Positions 30,728-43,000 of a DNA stretch of 64,000 bases are shown one piece after another (the first letter of the stretch is position 1; each line of letters begins with the position of its first letter). Made by a program: the position numbers and the translations under genes. The stretch lies in assembly GCA_030603365.1 (NCBI GenBank), contig JAUVXV010000005.1, positions 32,001 through 96,000 on the forward strand, in the 5' to 3' direction. Source of the stretch: Candidatus Heimdallarchaeota archaeon (GTDB lineage Archaea > Asgardarchaeota > Heimdallarchaeia > Heimdallarchaeales > Heimdallarchaeaceae). Below the pieces are notes generated by a model. It did no database searches, was not told the DNA's origin, and worked only from the letters and a program-made list of their open reading frames with translations.

Positions 30728-32239
30728 TTACCTTCGTTGTTGTTCAAGTCTACTTTGTTCTCTCCATTTACTCTTCTCTTTCTTAATTTTACTTAGTTTT
30801 TGCTCTTTATTCTTTTGTTTTGAATTGTGTGCTGTCTTTGCTTTAAGCATGGCAATGAGCTTTAACTTCTGATACTGGTTCATTAACTGATTAATCTTAT
30901 TTTCATTCAAGAAGTCACTAGTAATTTCTCTATTCAGGAATTCATGAGTCTGAATTATCGCTTTATGAAGATCTATGTTAGTTTTTATTCCTGAAATTGA
31001 CAATTCCTTTAATGCTATGAGAGATTTTTGTATAGTTTCTTCTCTATTTCTTCCTTTAACTATTAGTTTTCCAATTAGAGAATCATATTGGTTAGGAACT
31101 TGATAATTTGGATAGATAAACGTATCAAATCTAACATTATTATTCTCAGGGATACTTAGATTCGATATTCTACCCATCTGTGGATATAACCCTTTTAAAG
31201 GGTCCTCGGCATTGATTCTGAACTCAAAAGCATGCCCTTCAAATTTTATATCACTCTGATCAAACTGGAGTTCTTCATTGTTAGCAATTCTAAGTTGTTG
31301 AATAACAAGATCAATTCCCGTAATCATTTCAGTAATAGGGTGTTCAACTTGAATACGCGGGTTGATTTCATTGAAAAATAATTCATCATCCTTCCAGAGA
31401 AATTCAACAGTTCCAATATTGTTGTAAGATAGATTCTTTGCTAGCATACAAATTTTCTCTCCCAAATCATTTCTTTTTTCTGAGGATATAAATGAAGGAG
31501 CTTCTTCAATTATTTTTTGATGTGATCTTTGGATTGAACATTCTCTATCACCTAATTGAACAATTGCACCATGATTATCTGACATAAATTGCATCTCAAT
31601 ATGCCTGGGTTCTCGAATGTAGCTCTCTAGGAAAACTGCATTATTTCCAAAGTATTTCTTAGCAATAGATTGACATCCTGTTAAACTTTTTTCTAAATCT
31701 TCTGGTCTTTCAACAATTTCGATTCCAATCCCTCCACCCCCAAAAACTGCTTTAATTATTATTGGATAACCAAGAATTTCAGCTAATTTCTCAGCTTCAG
31801 AAACAGATTCAATTATATTAGATGAGCCTGGAATAACTTGAATACCAACATCTTCAGCCATTTTTTTAGCTTCAAGTTTGTTCCCTATTTTATACAACAC
31901 TGAAGAAGTAGGACCTATGAAAATCATTCCTTGTTTTTCAACTTCCTTTGCAAAATTTGCATTTTCGCTAAGAAAACCATAACCAGGATGAATTCCGTTA
32001 GCCTTGGACTTTAATGCAAAGCTAATGATTTTATCTATATTCAAATACGTTTCTTGAACAGAACCATTTCCCAAACAAAATGCTTCATCAGCCATCTTTA
32101 CATGAAGTGATGAAGAATCAATCTCTGAATAGATTGCGACAGTTTTTATTTTCAAAAGCCGGCATGCTCTTATTACCCTTACAGCTATTTCTCCACGGTT
32201 GGCTATAAGGATTTTATTAAGCATTTGAAAATATTTCAC
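30728..32239 (-). CDS. Biotin carboxylase, copy 1, with epsilon-like C-terminal tail
   Basis: ILIANRGEIA, IHPGYGFLSEN, RECSIQR, EINPRIQVEHP, RINAEDP, YDSLIGK. Confidence 0.92.
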   Translation of the reverse strand: MKYFQMLNKILIANRGEIAVRVIRACRLLKIKTVAIYSEIDSSSLHVKMADEAFCLGNGSVQETYLNIDKIISFALKSKANGIHPGYGFLSENANFAKEVEKQGMIFIGPTSSVLYKIGNKLEAKKMAEDVGIQVIPGSSNIIESVSEAEKLAEILGYPIIIKAVFGGGGIGIEIVERPEDLEKSLTGCQSIAKKYFGNNAVFLESYIREPRHIEMQFMSDNHGAIVQLGDRECSIQRSHQKIIEEAPSFISSEKRNDLGEKICMLAKNLSYNNIGTVEFLWKDDELFFNEINPRIQVEHPITEMITGIDLVIQQLRIANNEELQFDQSDIKFEGHAFEFRINAEDPLKGLYPQMGRISNLSIPENNNVRFDTFIYPNYQVPNQYDSLIGKLIVKGRNREETIQKSLIALKELSISGIKTNIDLHKAIIQTHEFLNREITSDFLNENKINQLMNQYQKLKLIAMLKAKTAHNSKQKNKEQKLSKIKKEKSKWREQSRLEQQRR

Positions 32240-32420
32240 TTGATATTTATTTAAAGTCTTTTAATTCATGATATGATTTATGATGTTAAGATTAAATTGA
32301 TTTTATTATGAAAAAACATTTTCTATATTACATATAGAAAGTACCAGAACGCATCTTATTATGGTTGGATATAAAGCTTATTTCGTTTTATGTACAAAGA
32401 ATTTTTAATCATGAAAAGAG

Positions 32421-34034
32421 ATGTCGTTTTTATTCGACTTAAATGATACTAGTTTAATGTATCAGAAACCTAAGAATTTAACTGAGATTCAAGAAAACAA
32501 TAAGTATACTACTCTACATGATAAGAGAAAAAAGAGTAGAGAAGGAGGAGGGGAAAAAAGGATTGAGAATCAACATCAGAAAGGAAAATTAACTGCCCGT
32601 GAAAGGATTGAACTTTTAGTTGATGAAAATTCTTTCAATGAGATTGATGCTTTTGTTACACATCAATCTACTAAATTTAACATGTCAAATAATCGACCTT
32701 TTGGAGATGGTGTTGTTACAGGTCATGCAAAAATCTCAGGTAGGACTGTCTATATTTATAGTCAAGATTTCACAATTTTTGGAGGAAGTTTGGGGAGAGC
32801 TCAAGCAACTAAAATTTGTAAAATAATGGATTTAGCAGTAAAAACAGGAAATCCAATAATAAGCTTACTTGATTCAGGTGGAGCTAGAATACAGGAAGGG
32901 GTTGCTTCTCTAGCGGGATACGGAGATATTTTCTATAGAAATACCCTAGCTTCTGGAGTAATTCCTCAAATTTCTGTTATACTTGGACCATGTGCTGGGG
33001 GAGCAGTTTACTCTCCAGCTTTAACAGATTTTGTTTTGATGAATAAAGAAAATTCCTTCATGTTTGTTACTGGTCCAGAAGTTGTAAAGGCCGTTACAGG
33101 AGAGGAGATCTCATTCTATGAATTGGGAGGAAGTGAAGTTCATAGTAATAAAACAGGATTATGTCATTTAGTTGGAGAAACCGAAGAAGAGACTTTAGAT
33201 CTTGTAAGGAAGCTATTTTCCTATCTGCCTTCTAACAATTTAAATGATGCTCCATTAGAAGCCAATTTACCAGAAGTAAATAATCAAAAAATTCTCAGAG
33301 ACCTGATCCCAGAAGAAGACAATGAACCTTATGATATGAAGGGTATTATTGGTGTTATCTTTGATTCTGATAGTTTTCTAGAATTGCAGGAAGATTGGGC
33401 AAAGAACATGGTAATTGGTTTCTCAAGGATAAATGGAAACACAGTTGGAATCATCGCAAATCAACCATTATTCTTGGGAGGAGCAATTGATTTTAACGCT
33501 GCAGACAAAGCATCCAGATTTATACGATTTTGTGATTCCTTTAACATACCAATATTGACTTTTGTTGATGTGCCTGGTTTCCTTCCAGGTATTAAACAAG
33601 AACATGAAGGAATTATCAGACACGGAGCAAAGCTTCTGTTTGCATATTCTGAAGCTACTGTTCCCAAAATCTCTGTTATAGTACGCAAAGCATATGGAGG
33701 GGCTTATATTGTGATGAGTTCCAAACATTTAGGAAATGATATTAATTTAGCTTGGCCAACAGCTGAAATAGCAGTTATGGGATCTGAGGGAGCATGCAGA
33801 ATACTCTATAGAGGTAAATTGAAAGAAGCTGAAAATCCAGATCAAGTTTTAGATGAATTTACCAACCAATTCAAAGAAGAATTTGCTAATCCATATCAAG
33901 CAGCTGAATTGGGTTACGTTGACAAAGTTGTTTTTCCAGAAGAGACTAGAAATGAAATTATCGTTTCTCTTAGTATTTTGAGAAATAAAAGAGAGCAAGC
34001 ACCAAAGAGGAAACATGGAATTTTTCCAGTTTAA
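32421..34034 (+). CDS. Acyl-CoA carboxylase carboxyltransferase subunit, copy 2
   Basis: Same motifs as copy 1 and highly similar to it; stop abuts the RBS of the megasynthase. Confidence 0.93.
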   Translation: MSFLFDLNDTSLMYQKPKNLTEIQENNKYTTLHDKRKKSREGGGEKRIENQHQKGKLTARERIELLVDENSFNEIDAFVTHQSTKFNMSNNRPFGDGVVTGHAKISGRTVYIYSQDFTIFGGSLGRAQATKICKIMDLAVKTGNPIISLLDSGGARIQEGVASLAGYGDIFYRNTLASGVIPQISVILGPCAGGAVYSPALTDFVLMNKENSFMFVTGPEVVKAVTGEEISFYELGGSEVHSNKTGLCHLVGETEEETLDLVRKLFSYLPSNNLNDAPLEANLPEVNNQKILRDLIPEEDNEPYDMKGIIGVIFDSDSFLELQEDWAKNMVIGFSRINGNTVGIIANQPLFLGGAIDFNAADKASRFIRFCDSFNIPILTFVDVPGFLPGIKQEHEGIIRHGAKLLFAYSEATVPKISVIVRKAYGGAYIVMSSKHLGNDINLAWPTAEIAVMGSEGACRILYRGKLKEAENPDQVLDEFTNQFKEEFANPYQAAELGYVDKVVFPEETRNEIIVSLSILRNKREQAPKRKHGIFPV

Positions 34035-34044
34035 GGTGATTTTA

Positions 34045-37000
34045 ATGAAAACAAAAAGACAAATCGAAAAAGAGTTAATACCAAATAAAATCATTTGGGG
34101 ATTTTCTCCAAAAGGTATAAGCAATCCACAATTATCTATAGAACTCTCTCTTAAGGGAGGCGTAGGACTTATAGATCTTGAAGGATTTGATGACCACTCA
34201 CTCACTAGTATCATAACTGATTGTAGTACTAAAATTCCAGAAGATAACCTCTGGGGAGTAAGAATCTCTGAAGCTTCTCACATAGAAGTTTTGAATAAAT
34301 TTGACTTCATTCCACTACTTATCTTACCGGATAAAGTAAATGAAGAGTTGTTAATCGGACTAACTTGCAATTATACCTGGATAGTAGCTGAAGTAAATAG
34401 CCTCTCTGAAGCTCAATCAAAAACTGATTGGGCTGACTTCTTTCTTGTAAAAGGATTTGAAGCAGGTGGAAAGATAGGAGAAACATCTTCCTTTATTCTA
34501 ATACAAGAATTCACTGAAGCTGGCTTTCCCTTCATTATTCAAGGTGGATTTGGAGTTTACAACATTATTAGCGCATTAATTGGAGGTGCATTAGGAGTTG
34601 TACTTGAAGAACAATTGTCTCTACTTCCAGAATGTCCTCTTACTAAAGAAACAAAAGATTATCTTTCATCTCTTGATGAAAATGATACCTATATTGTTGG
34701 AGAAAGTTTTGAATTAAAGTATAGACTAGCTGGAAAAATAGCAAATAAATGGATAAGAGATTTCAAAAAATTTGAAAAAAGCTTGACACGTGAAAGCGTT
34801 CAGGAATTATCACACAAAATAGATAAAATCTCAAAGAATTCGTTGTTCTTGTCGGATCCTGAAATTAAAAATTCTTTTCTTCCTCTTGGAGTAGGCTTGA
34901 GATTTGCTTCATTCATATTAGAAAAATTTGGAGACTTGTCTTCTTTTCTAAAAGGAATTGAGAACATAATTAACAGTCAAATGAGTAATCTTTCAGAACA
35001 TTGGCCATTTGCTGAGGATAGTGATTTTGCAAAGAGTCTTGGAATTAAATTACCCATAATTCAAGGACCTATGGCAAATATTACTGATAATGCTAAGTTT
35101 GCATCTAAGGTTTCGGAAGAAGGAGCTTTGCCTGTTCTAGCTTTTGGAGGATTATTAAAAGAAGAAACAGAAGAACTTTATCTAGAGTTTAATTCAAAGT
35201 TTCCAGTAGATGCTCCTTATGCAGGTGGAATTATAGGATTAGAAGTAATGAAAGAGAGACGAGAAGCTCATATTTCCTTGATAAAGAAAAACAACACACC
35301 TTATTGTCTTTTAGCTGCAGGCTCTATTCAACTAGCATCTAGAATCCAAAAAGAAGGTACTAAAGTCATTCTTCATACTCCTGCATTAGCACTTTTCAAA
35401 GAAGCGCATCAAAATGGAATTGAACATCTTATTTTAGAAGGAAGTGAATGTGGGGGACATATTGGCACTCTGACATCATTAACTCTCTGGGAGACGATTA
35501 TTCAGTTTATAGAGAAAGAGAAAACCAATCTTAAACAAAAGATAAATGTGATTTTTGCTGGAGGAATTAGTGATGCGAAAAGTTCTGCTATGCTAGCAGG
35601 AATGATAGCTTGTCATTCAGAGTACATTTCTCCAGGAATACAAATGGGAACAGCTTATTTGTTCACTGAAGAAATTGTTAAGAGTCGAGCTTTAACATCA
35701 CAATATCAAGAACATCTTCTTAATTCTTCTAATACAAAAGTGATAGGATCAACAGTAAATACTCGAGCTAGAGTAATTCCTTCAGATTTTGTAGAATCTA
35801 CATTAGAAGTAGAACTTGAGAGAATTAGTTCAGGATTATCGATACAAGATAGAAAGAAATTATATGAAAAAGATAACTTGGGAGCTCTACGAATTGCAGC
35901 AAAAGCTGAAGTGTGGAATGATAAACACATACCTGGTGGTGATACAACTCAGTTTGTAGCTGCTAGCAAAAAGATTCAGGATAGCAAAGGATGTTACATG
36001 GCTGGAGAACTTATTAGCTTGAAAAGAAACATATTGCGAATTAAAGATCTTCATACTGATGTTGTAAATTCAAGTAGAACATACGTTAAACATCAAATTA
36101 CAGCAATAGAAAAAATGCTCCCTCACGATACTATAAAAGAAGAATCTCACTCTGATACTATATCTTTACCAATTGAAAATAGAGTAGCAATAGTTGGGAT
36201 GGGCTGTATTTTTCCAGATGCTTTGAACATCAATCAATTTTGGTCAAATGTAACTGATAAGAAATATTCGATAACAGAAATTCCTGAATCAAGATGGAGT
36301 ACTGAATTATATTTCAACGAGGATAAAACAGCTCCAAATAAATCCTATTCCAAAATTGGTTCTTTTATAACAGATTATGAATTTGCTTCTATCAAGTATC
36401 GAATACCACCTAAAATCGCTGAGAGGATGGATGAAGTTCAAAAATGGGCTATAGATGCCGCAAAACAAGCTCTAGACGATGCTGGAATTCCTACCGATGG
36501 AAAATCAAGATTGCCTGTTTCTGTAATAGTAGGGAATTCATTAGGAGGAGAGAATCAACGAACTACAAACAAAGGACTTTTTGTTCCTGAATTTCTAAAA
36601 GAAATGAAGAAAAACGAAGTATTTCAAGAGCTTTCAAAAGAAAAACAGAAAGTTATGATAAAACAACTTGAAGTATTCTATACTGAAAAATATCCTCCAG
36701 TAACAGAAGATTCTATGCCAGGTGAATTATCTAATGTGATTTCTGGAAGAATTGCAAATGTTTTCAATTTAACTGGAAAATCTATGACAACGGATGCAGC
36801 TTGTGCTTCTAGTATAGCAGCAATTGATACTGCTGTTAATTCTCTCCTTTCAAGAGAATTTGATGTTGCTCTTTCAGGTGGAGCAGATAGATCAATGGAT
36901 ATTTCCACCTATATTAAATTCTCTAAAATAGGTGCATTATCTGCAACAGGAACAAGACCTTTTGACGAAAAAGCAGATGGTTTCGTTATGGGAGAAGGAG

Positions 37001-40000
37001 CAGGTTTTGTTGTTCTTAAACGTCTAGAAGATGCAATTAAAGATGGAAATAAAATTTATGCTGTTATTGCTTCAATCGGATCTTCTTCTGATGGTAAAGG
37101 TAAAGCAATTACCGCTCCCAACCCAGAAGGACAAAAACAAGCTATTCAAATGGCTATGAGAAAGGCACATATTAATACAAATGAGGTCGATTATATCGAA
37201 GCTCATGGGACTTCTACTATTGTCGGTGATGCTGTTGAATTAAAAGTTTTGGAAGAAGTTTTTGAAAACCGTAAAAGAGAACAGAAAATTGCTGTAAGCT
37301 CTATAAAAAGCCAAATTGGACATCTTAAGAGTGCGGCTGGAATAGCTTCAATAATCAAAACATCTTTGTCTCTTCATCACAAAATTCTTCCTCCTTCAGT
37401 TAATGTGGAAAAACTGAATCCAAAAATAAATTGGAAAGAATCTCGATTGAAAGTAATCACCGAAACAGAGGATTGGAATCTTTCCAATAACGAAGTAGGT
37501 AGAGCTGGAGTATCTGCATTTGGTTTTGGCGGAACCAATTATCATGCGATTTTAGAAGAATTCAATCCTGAAAAAATCCTTTATGAAGAGAAACCCAAAC
37601 ATATTTCTTCAGTTCTACAAGAGGATGATACTGTTCAAGAACAAATTTCTCTTCAAAGTATTCTTCCTAAGCTTTGTTACATGTTTACTGGTCAAGGTAG
37701 CCAATATCTAGGCATGGCTAAACAACTCTATGAGAATTCTGATATAGTAAAGAGATTTTTCGAAAAAGCTGAAAAAATTTGGTACAATTACTATACTTAT
37801 AGCTTCAAGGAAATTGTATTTGGTTCAGAAAAATTGTCAGTAGAATCAAATAAGAAGAGATTAACCGATACAAAGTTTACTCAACCTACCATCTTTGTTG
37901 TAGATGTAGCAATAGCTAATCTCTTAGCAGAAGAGGGGATTGAACCGGACATTGTTGCAGGACACAGTTTGGGAGAATATGCTGCTTTGGTTATTGCTGG
38001 AGTTCTATCTTTTGAGGATGGATTAAGGGCAGTTATTGAACGGGGGAGATCTATGAGCAGAGCTGGGAATTCAGTTCCTGGTGCTATGGTAGCAATTCTT
38101 GCTCCTATAGATAAAGTAACAGAGATTGTCAAGGAAGTAAAAAATAACTATGTTACTGTAGCCAATTACAACTCTAAAAATCAAACTGTAGTATCTGGAG
38201 AAATAGAAGGTATTGAGCAGATCTTAGAAATCTCAAAGAAGAAGGGAATTACAGCAAAGAGACTGAATGTATCTACTGCATTCCATTCAAAGATTGTAAA
38301 ATCAGTTGAGGAAGAGATGGAAAAGGTTCTTGCAAGAATAGAATTCAAAAATCCACGAATACCTGTATATAGCAATGCTACTGGAAAAGCATACCCTTCA
38401 GAGCCAGAACAGATGAGAAATCTACTAGTTGAACAGGTCAGCTCTTCTGTTTTATGGGTAGATGAAATTCAGAATATTTACAATGCTGGTGCTAGATATT
38501 ATGTTGAGATAGGTCCAAAGAAAGCCTTATTCCATTTTGCTAAGGATATCTTAAAGGAGAAAACTGACATTTCAACTTTCATTACACTATTACCTAAAGA
38601 AGATGAGATTGATACAATTCAATCAACCTTGAATCAACTTAGTCAATTTGTTGGTTTTGTTTCATCTTCAGATTCTAGTACCCAAACCAAGGAAACAAGC
38701 TTAAATATAGCAACTAAATCTATAGATAGAATAGTTCTATCATCGGATAATGATTTTCAAAATTTTGTGAAAAATAATAGCAAGTATCTTGAGAATATCT
38801 TGAAAGCAGGGCACGAACTTTATTCAACATATTTAGGAGAAGAAAGAAAATCAGAAAAGTCTCATTCACACTTCGGGATTGACCATCACTTGATTGGTGT
38901 GACAGGAGTAGGAATTGGTCTTCCAGGTAAACAGAGGAATGTTTTCGATGATGAAAATATCGATTCAATCTTAGCTGGGGAGAATTTCATTGATTCTATC
39001 GCTCAGGAAATTAAACAAGACATTCTAGATAAGAATATCAACCGCTTAGTTAAATCTCCTGATGGATCAGCTTCCTTCGAGGAAATAGATGATCTAACTA
39101 AGGTAATTAGCCTAGCAGGACAGATAGGTAAATTTGATCCAGTTGGAGATTTTGGAATAAACGAAAAGTTTCTGAATTCTCTTGACATAACCTTCCAGTT
39201 AGCTATTTGTGCAGGATTAGATGCTTTGACTGATGCAGGAATACCTTTAGTCAAATCTTCATTTACGACTTCAACAGGAAAAGTACTGGAAGGTGAATGG
39301 GCTTTACCTGAATCTCTTCAAGAAGAGACAGGGATAATATTTGCTTCAGCATTTCCAGGTTATGATAATCTAATTAAAGAAATTCAAGAACATAAAAACC
39401 AAGGTGATGATAGGAAATTTAGCAGAAACTTTCTGTTTAAGATTCTTTCATTGGGACATGCTCAATTTGCTCAACTCATCAAAGCAAAAGGACCAAATAC
39501 CCAAATTAATGCTGCATGTGCATCTACTACTCAAGCAATAGGAATCGCGGAGGATTGGATACGTACAGGACGTTGTAATCGAGTAATAGTAATTGCAGCT
39601 GATGATGCCTCAAGTGAAAATCTTCTGCCTTGGATAGGTTCAGGATTTTTAGTTGCAGGAGGTGTTACAACTCAAGATAAAGTCGAAAATGCTGCATTAC
39701 CATTTGGTAAAGATAGACACGGATTAATCATAGGTTCAGCTGCAGCTTCTCTAGTACTTGAGAGTGAAGAAGCATATAATAAAAGAGGAGTAAAACCAAT
39801 AGTAGATCTAATTGGTTCTACTTTTGTAAACAGTGGATTTCATGGTTCAAGGTTGGATGTTCAACATATCTCTCATGTTTTCCAATCTTTTGTTGAGAAG
39901 ATAGAAAAGCAATATAACATTTCAAGAAAAGAGCTAGCAGAAGATGGAATGTTTGTTTCTCATGAAACTTATACTCCTGCTAGAGGAGGAAGTGCAGAAT

Positions 40001-43000
40001 CAGAGATAGAAGCACTCAAAAGAGTGTTTGGGAAGGATTCAAGTAAGATTACTATTGTTAACACAAAGGGTTTCACAGGACATTCAATGGGAGCTGGAAT
40101 AGAAGAGTGTATTGCAATAAAATCTATAGAAAAAGGAAAAATTCCCCCTATTGCTAACATGGACAAAATAGATCCGATTTTCTCTGAGTTGAACTTTTCC
40201 AAAGGTGAAAATCGACGCGTAAAATATGCTATAAGATTAGCTGCAGGATTTGGCTCTCAGATAGCTTTTACTGCTTTTAGACTTAATACATATGAAGATA
40301 GATATGATTTAATTCTTCATGAAGAATGGTTAAATCAACTAGGAGGAGATATGAGAAGTACTTTTCTGGATGGTCGAGTTTTGAAGCTTAGAACAAGATC
40401 TAGACAAGAACAAGTATCTCATGTTGCATCAACAACATCTATTGTTCAAGAAACAGTGGTATTCAAAGAAATTCTCCCTGGTGTGATTTCAATTATTTCT
40501 GAAATAACTGGTTATGAAGCCAATCTGATTGAAGCTGAGATGCACCTTGAAGAGGATCTGGGAATAGATACTGTAAAACAAGCCGAGATTTTTGGTATTG
40601 TTCGAGAAAAATGGGGTTTAGATTTAGACGAAACAGTAAGTCTTGTTGAATTTACATCACCACAAAAAATAGCTGAGTATATTCAAAGTAATATGAAAGG
40701 TGTGAATGATATTGAAACAGCTGTTTCACAAGTCAAAGGTGGTCAGTTTGAGGATATATCCTTTAAGATTAGAGAAGTAGTATCTGAAACAACAGGATAT
40801 GAACAAGATTTAATTGAATACGATATGGATCTTGAAGAAGATCTGGGAATAGACACTATCAAACAAGCAGAGATTTTCGGTGACATAAGAGAAATATTTG
40901 ATTTGCCAGTTGATGAGTCAGTGAGTTTAGCTGAATTCAGGTCAATAAATGACATTGCGAAATATGTGTCTCAGTCTATTGGAGCTGAACAAAAAATCAT
41001 TACAGAGAGCTCTGATGATCAAAAACAAAAACAAATTACAGCTGACAAAGTTGAAGATGAAAAGAGCCTTGTTCGTATTGACAATCTAATTACAGTACCA
41101 GTTCCTTTGAATAAAAAAGATGCTGAGAAAATTACTCTAAAAGATATTTCTTCATTAGTAGTCAACATAAATTCAGATTTGCGGAACAGCTTAACGGAAA
41201 CATTGGTTGAGAAAAAGGCTAAATTTGTTGAACATAATTTACTAAAAGATGAAATTTCTTCAATACCAGAAAAGGAATTTGACCTCTTCATTTTAGTTCT
41301 CCCAGGTGTAAAATCAGAACCTGGTTATATCGACCAAGAGATTTACAGAAAACTTTTTTCGCTATTTCAATCTCTTGAATTGCAGAAAGGAAATAGGATT
41401 GTCGCATTATCTGAAGAGAGTTTCTTTGGTCTTAAAGAAGGTGCTAATCCAATATCTGGAGGAATATCAGGATTTGTGAAAACCTTAGGTTTAGAGTTTG
41501 ATATGCCCTATAAGCACATTTATTCTGAAAACATCGCTGATATAATTCAAGAGCTTGAATACTGGGATGGTATAATAGAAATTGCATTTGATAAAAAAGG
41601 ACGTTTCACTCTTGCTAATCTTGATATTAGTAATTATCTTACTCAGTCATCAAAAATTGATATAGAGAAAGATGATCTGATTTTAGTAACTGGAGGTGGA
41701 CGAGGTATCACCTTCAAATGCATTGAAGCTTTAAGTACAATAGTAAAATCTAAAGTTGCTATAATTGGAATTGAGGACATCTCTGATATTAATTCTGATA
41801 TGCTTCAATTTTCCGATGATGATTTAGAACTAAGAAAACAACAACTTATCAAAGAATTAAAAGAATCAGAAGAGAAAGTTACACCTGTTCTCATAGATAA
41901 ACACTGGAACAGATTCCTTTTCGGCTTAGAAGTTACTCGCAACATTGAAAAACTAAGAAAAATGAGAATTCAGGCAGAATATAGACGCGTAGATGTAACT
42001 AATAAAGAAGCTGTTGAGAAAACAATCAGAGAAATTGAAGACCACTTCCAAACATCTGTTAGTCATATCATACATGGTGCTGGTCTAGAAGAATCAAAAT
42101 CTTTCAAGAAGAAGAAAATAGATTTTTCCAATCTTATAGTTTCTGTGAAGGTTGAAGGAATTTGGAACGTTCTCAATTCTGTTAACACTAAGAAACTAAA
42201 ACGAGTTGTATGTTTCACTTCAATTGCTGGTCGGTATGGTAACAGAGGTCAAGTAGACTATTCTTTTGCAAATGGTTACTTATCTAGACTATGTTGGAAG
42301 CTAAATCAACAGGGTGTATCTGCACTTGCTTGCGATTGGTCTGCCTGGGGAGGAGTTGGAATGGCAACAAGAGGCTCTATAATGGACATATTAACATCTC
42401 AAGGGATTAATCCTATACCTTTACAAGACGGGACTGAAACTTTTGTTAAGCTCTTTCTAAACACAATCGGAAATGAAGTTGTGGTTTCTTGCGGTCTTGG
42501 TCCATTTGAGCAATTATCTAACATCCAATCGGAGATTAAAGAAAAGAAATATCCTATGATCAATAGAATTGAATATTCTGAATCAAAATTCTATGCAAGA
42601 AAGTCAATATCTTCTTCAACTGATCTTTACTTAAACGATCATCAAATTCAACAAACACCTATATTTCCAGGAGTTATGGGGTTGGAAATGTTTGCTGAAA
42701 CATTTGAACTAGTCTCAGCACAGAAACCTGTTAGTTTCACAAAAGTAGAATTCAATACAGCACTGAAGATTCAACAATCACAAGCTAAAGAAGTTTACGT
42801 TGAATATAAATCAGATTTAGGAGAAATGCGGTTAAAATCTGATTTTGTTGCAAAAATCGAACCAAGCAAAACAAGAGAAATAGAACACTTTAGAGTGAAT
42901 GTAGATACTTTATCAAAAAGAAGGAAATCAAAGAAATCTAAACATATAATTAGAGAATCGAAGATTAATCTGCTCACAAAAGAAGATATTTATTCATTCT

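Noticed and set aside
34015-34044. ORF-track start of the megasynthase at 34015
   Set aside because: Overlaps the CT2 end; the AGGTGA RBS supports ATG 34045
35706-42977. Short antisense ORFs within the megasynthase (and similar 60-120 aa ORFs elsewhere)
   Set aside because: Shadow frames of long coding genes with no recognisable motifs
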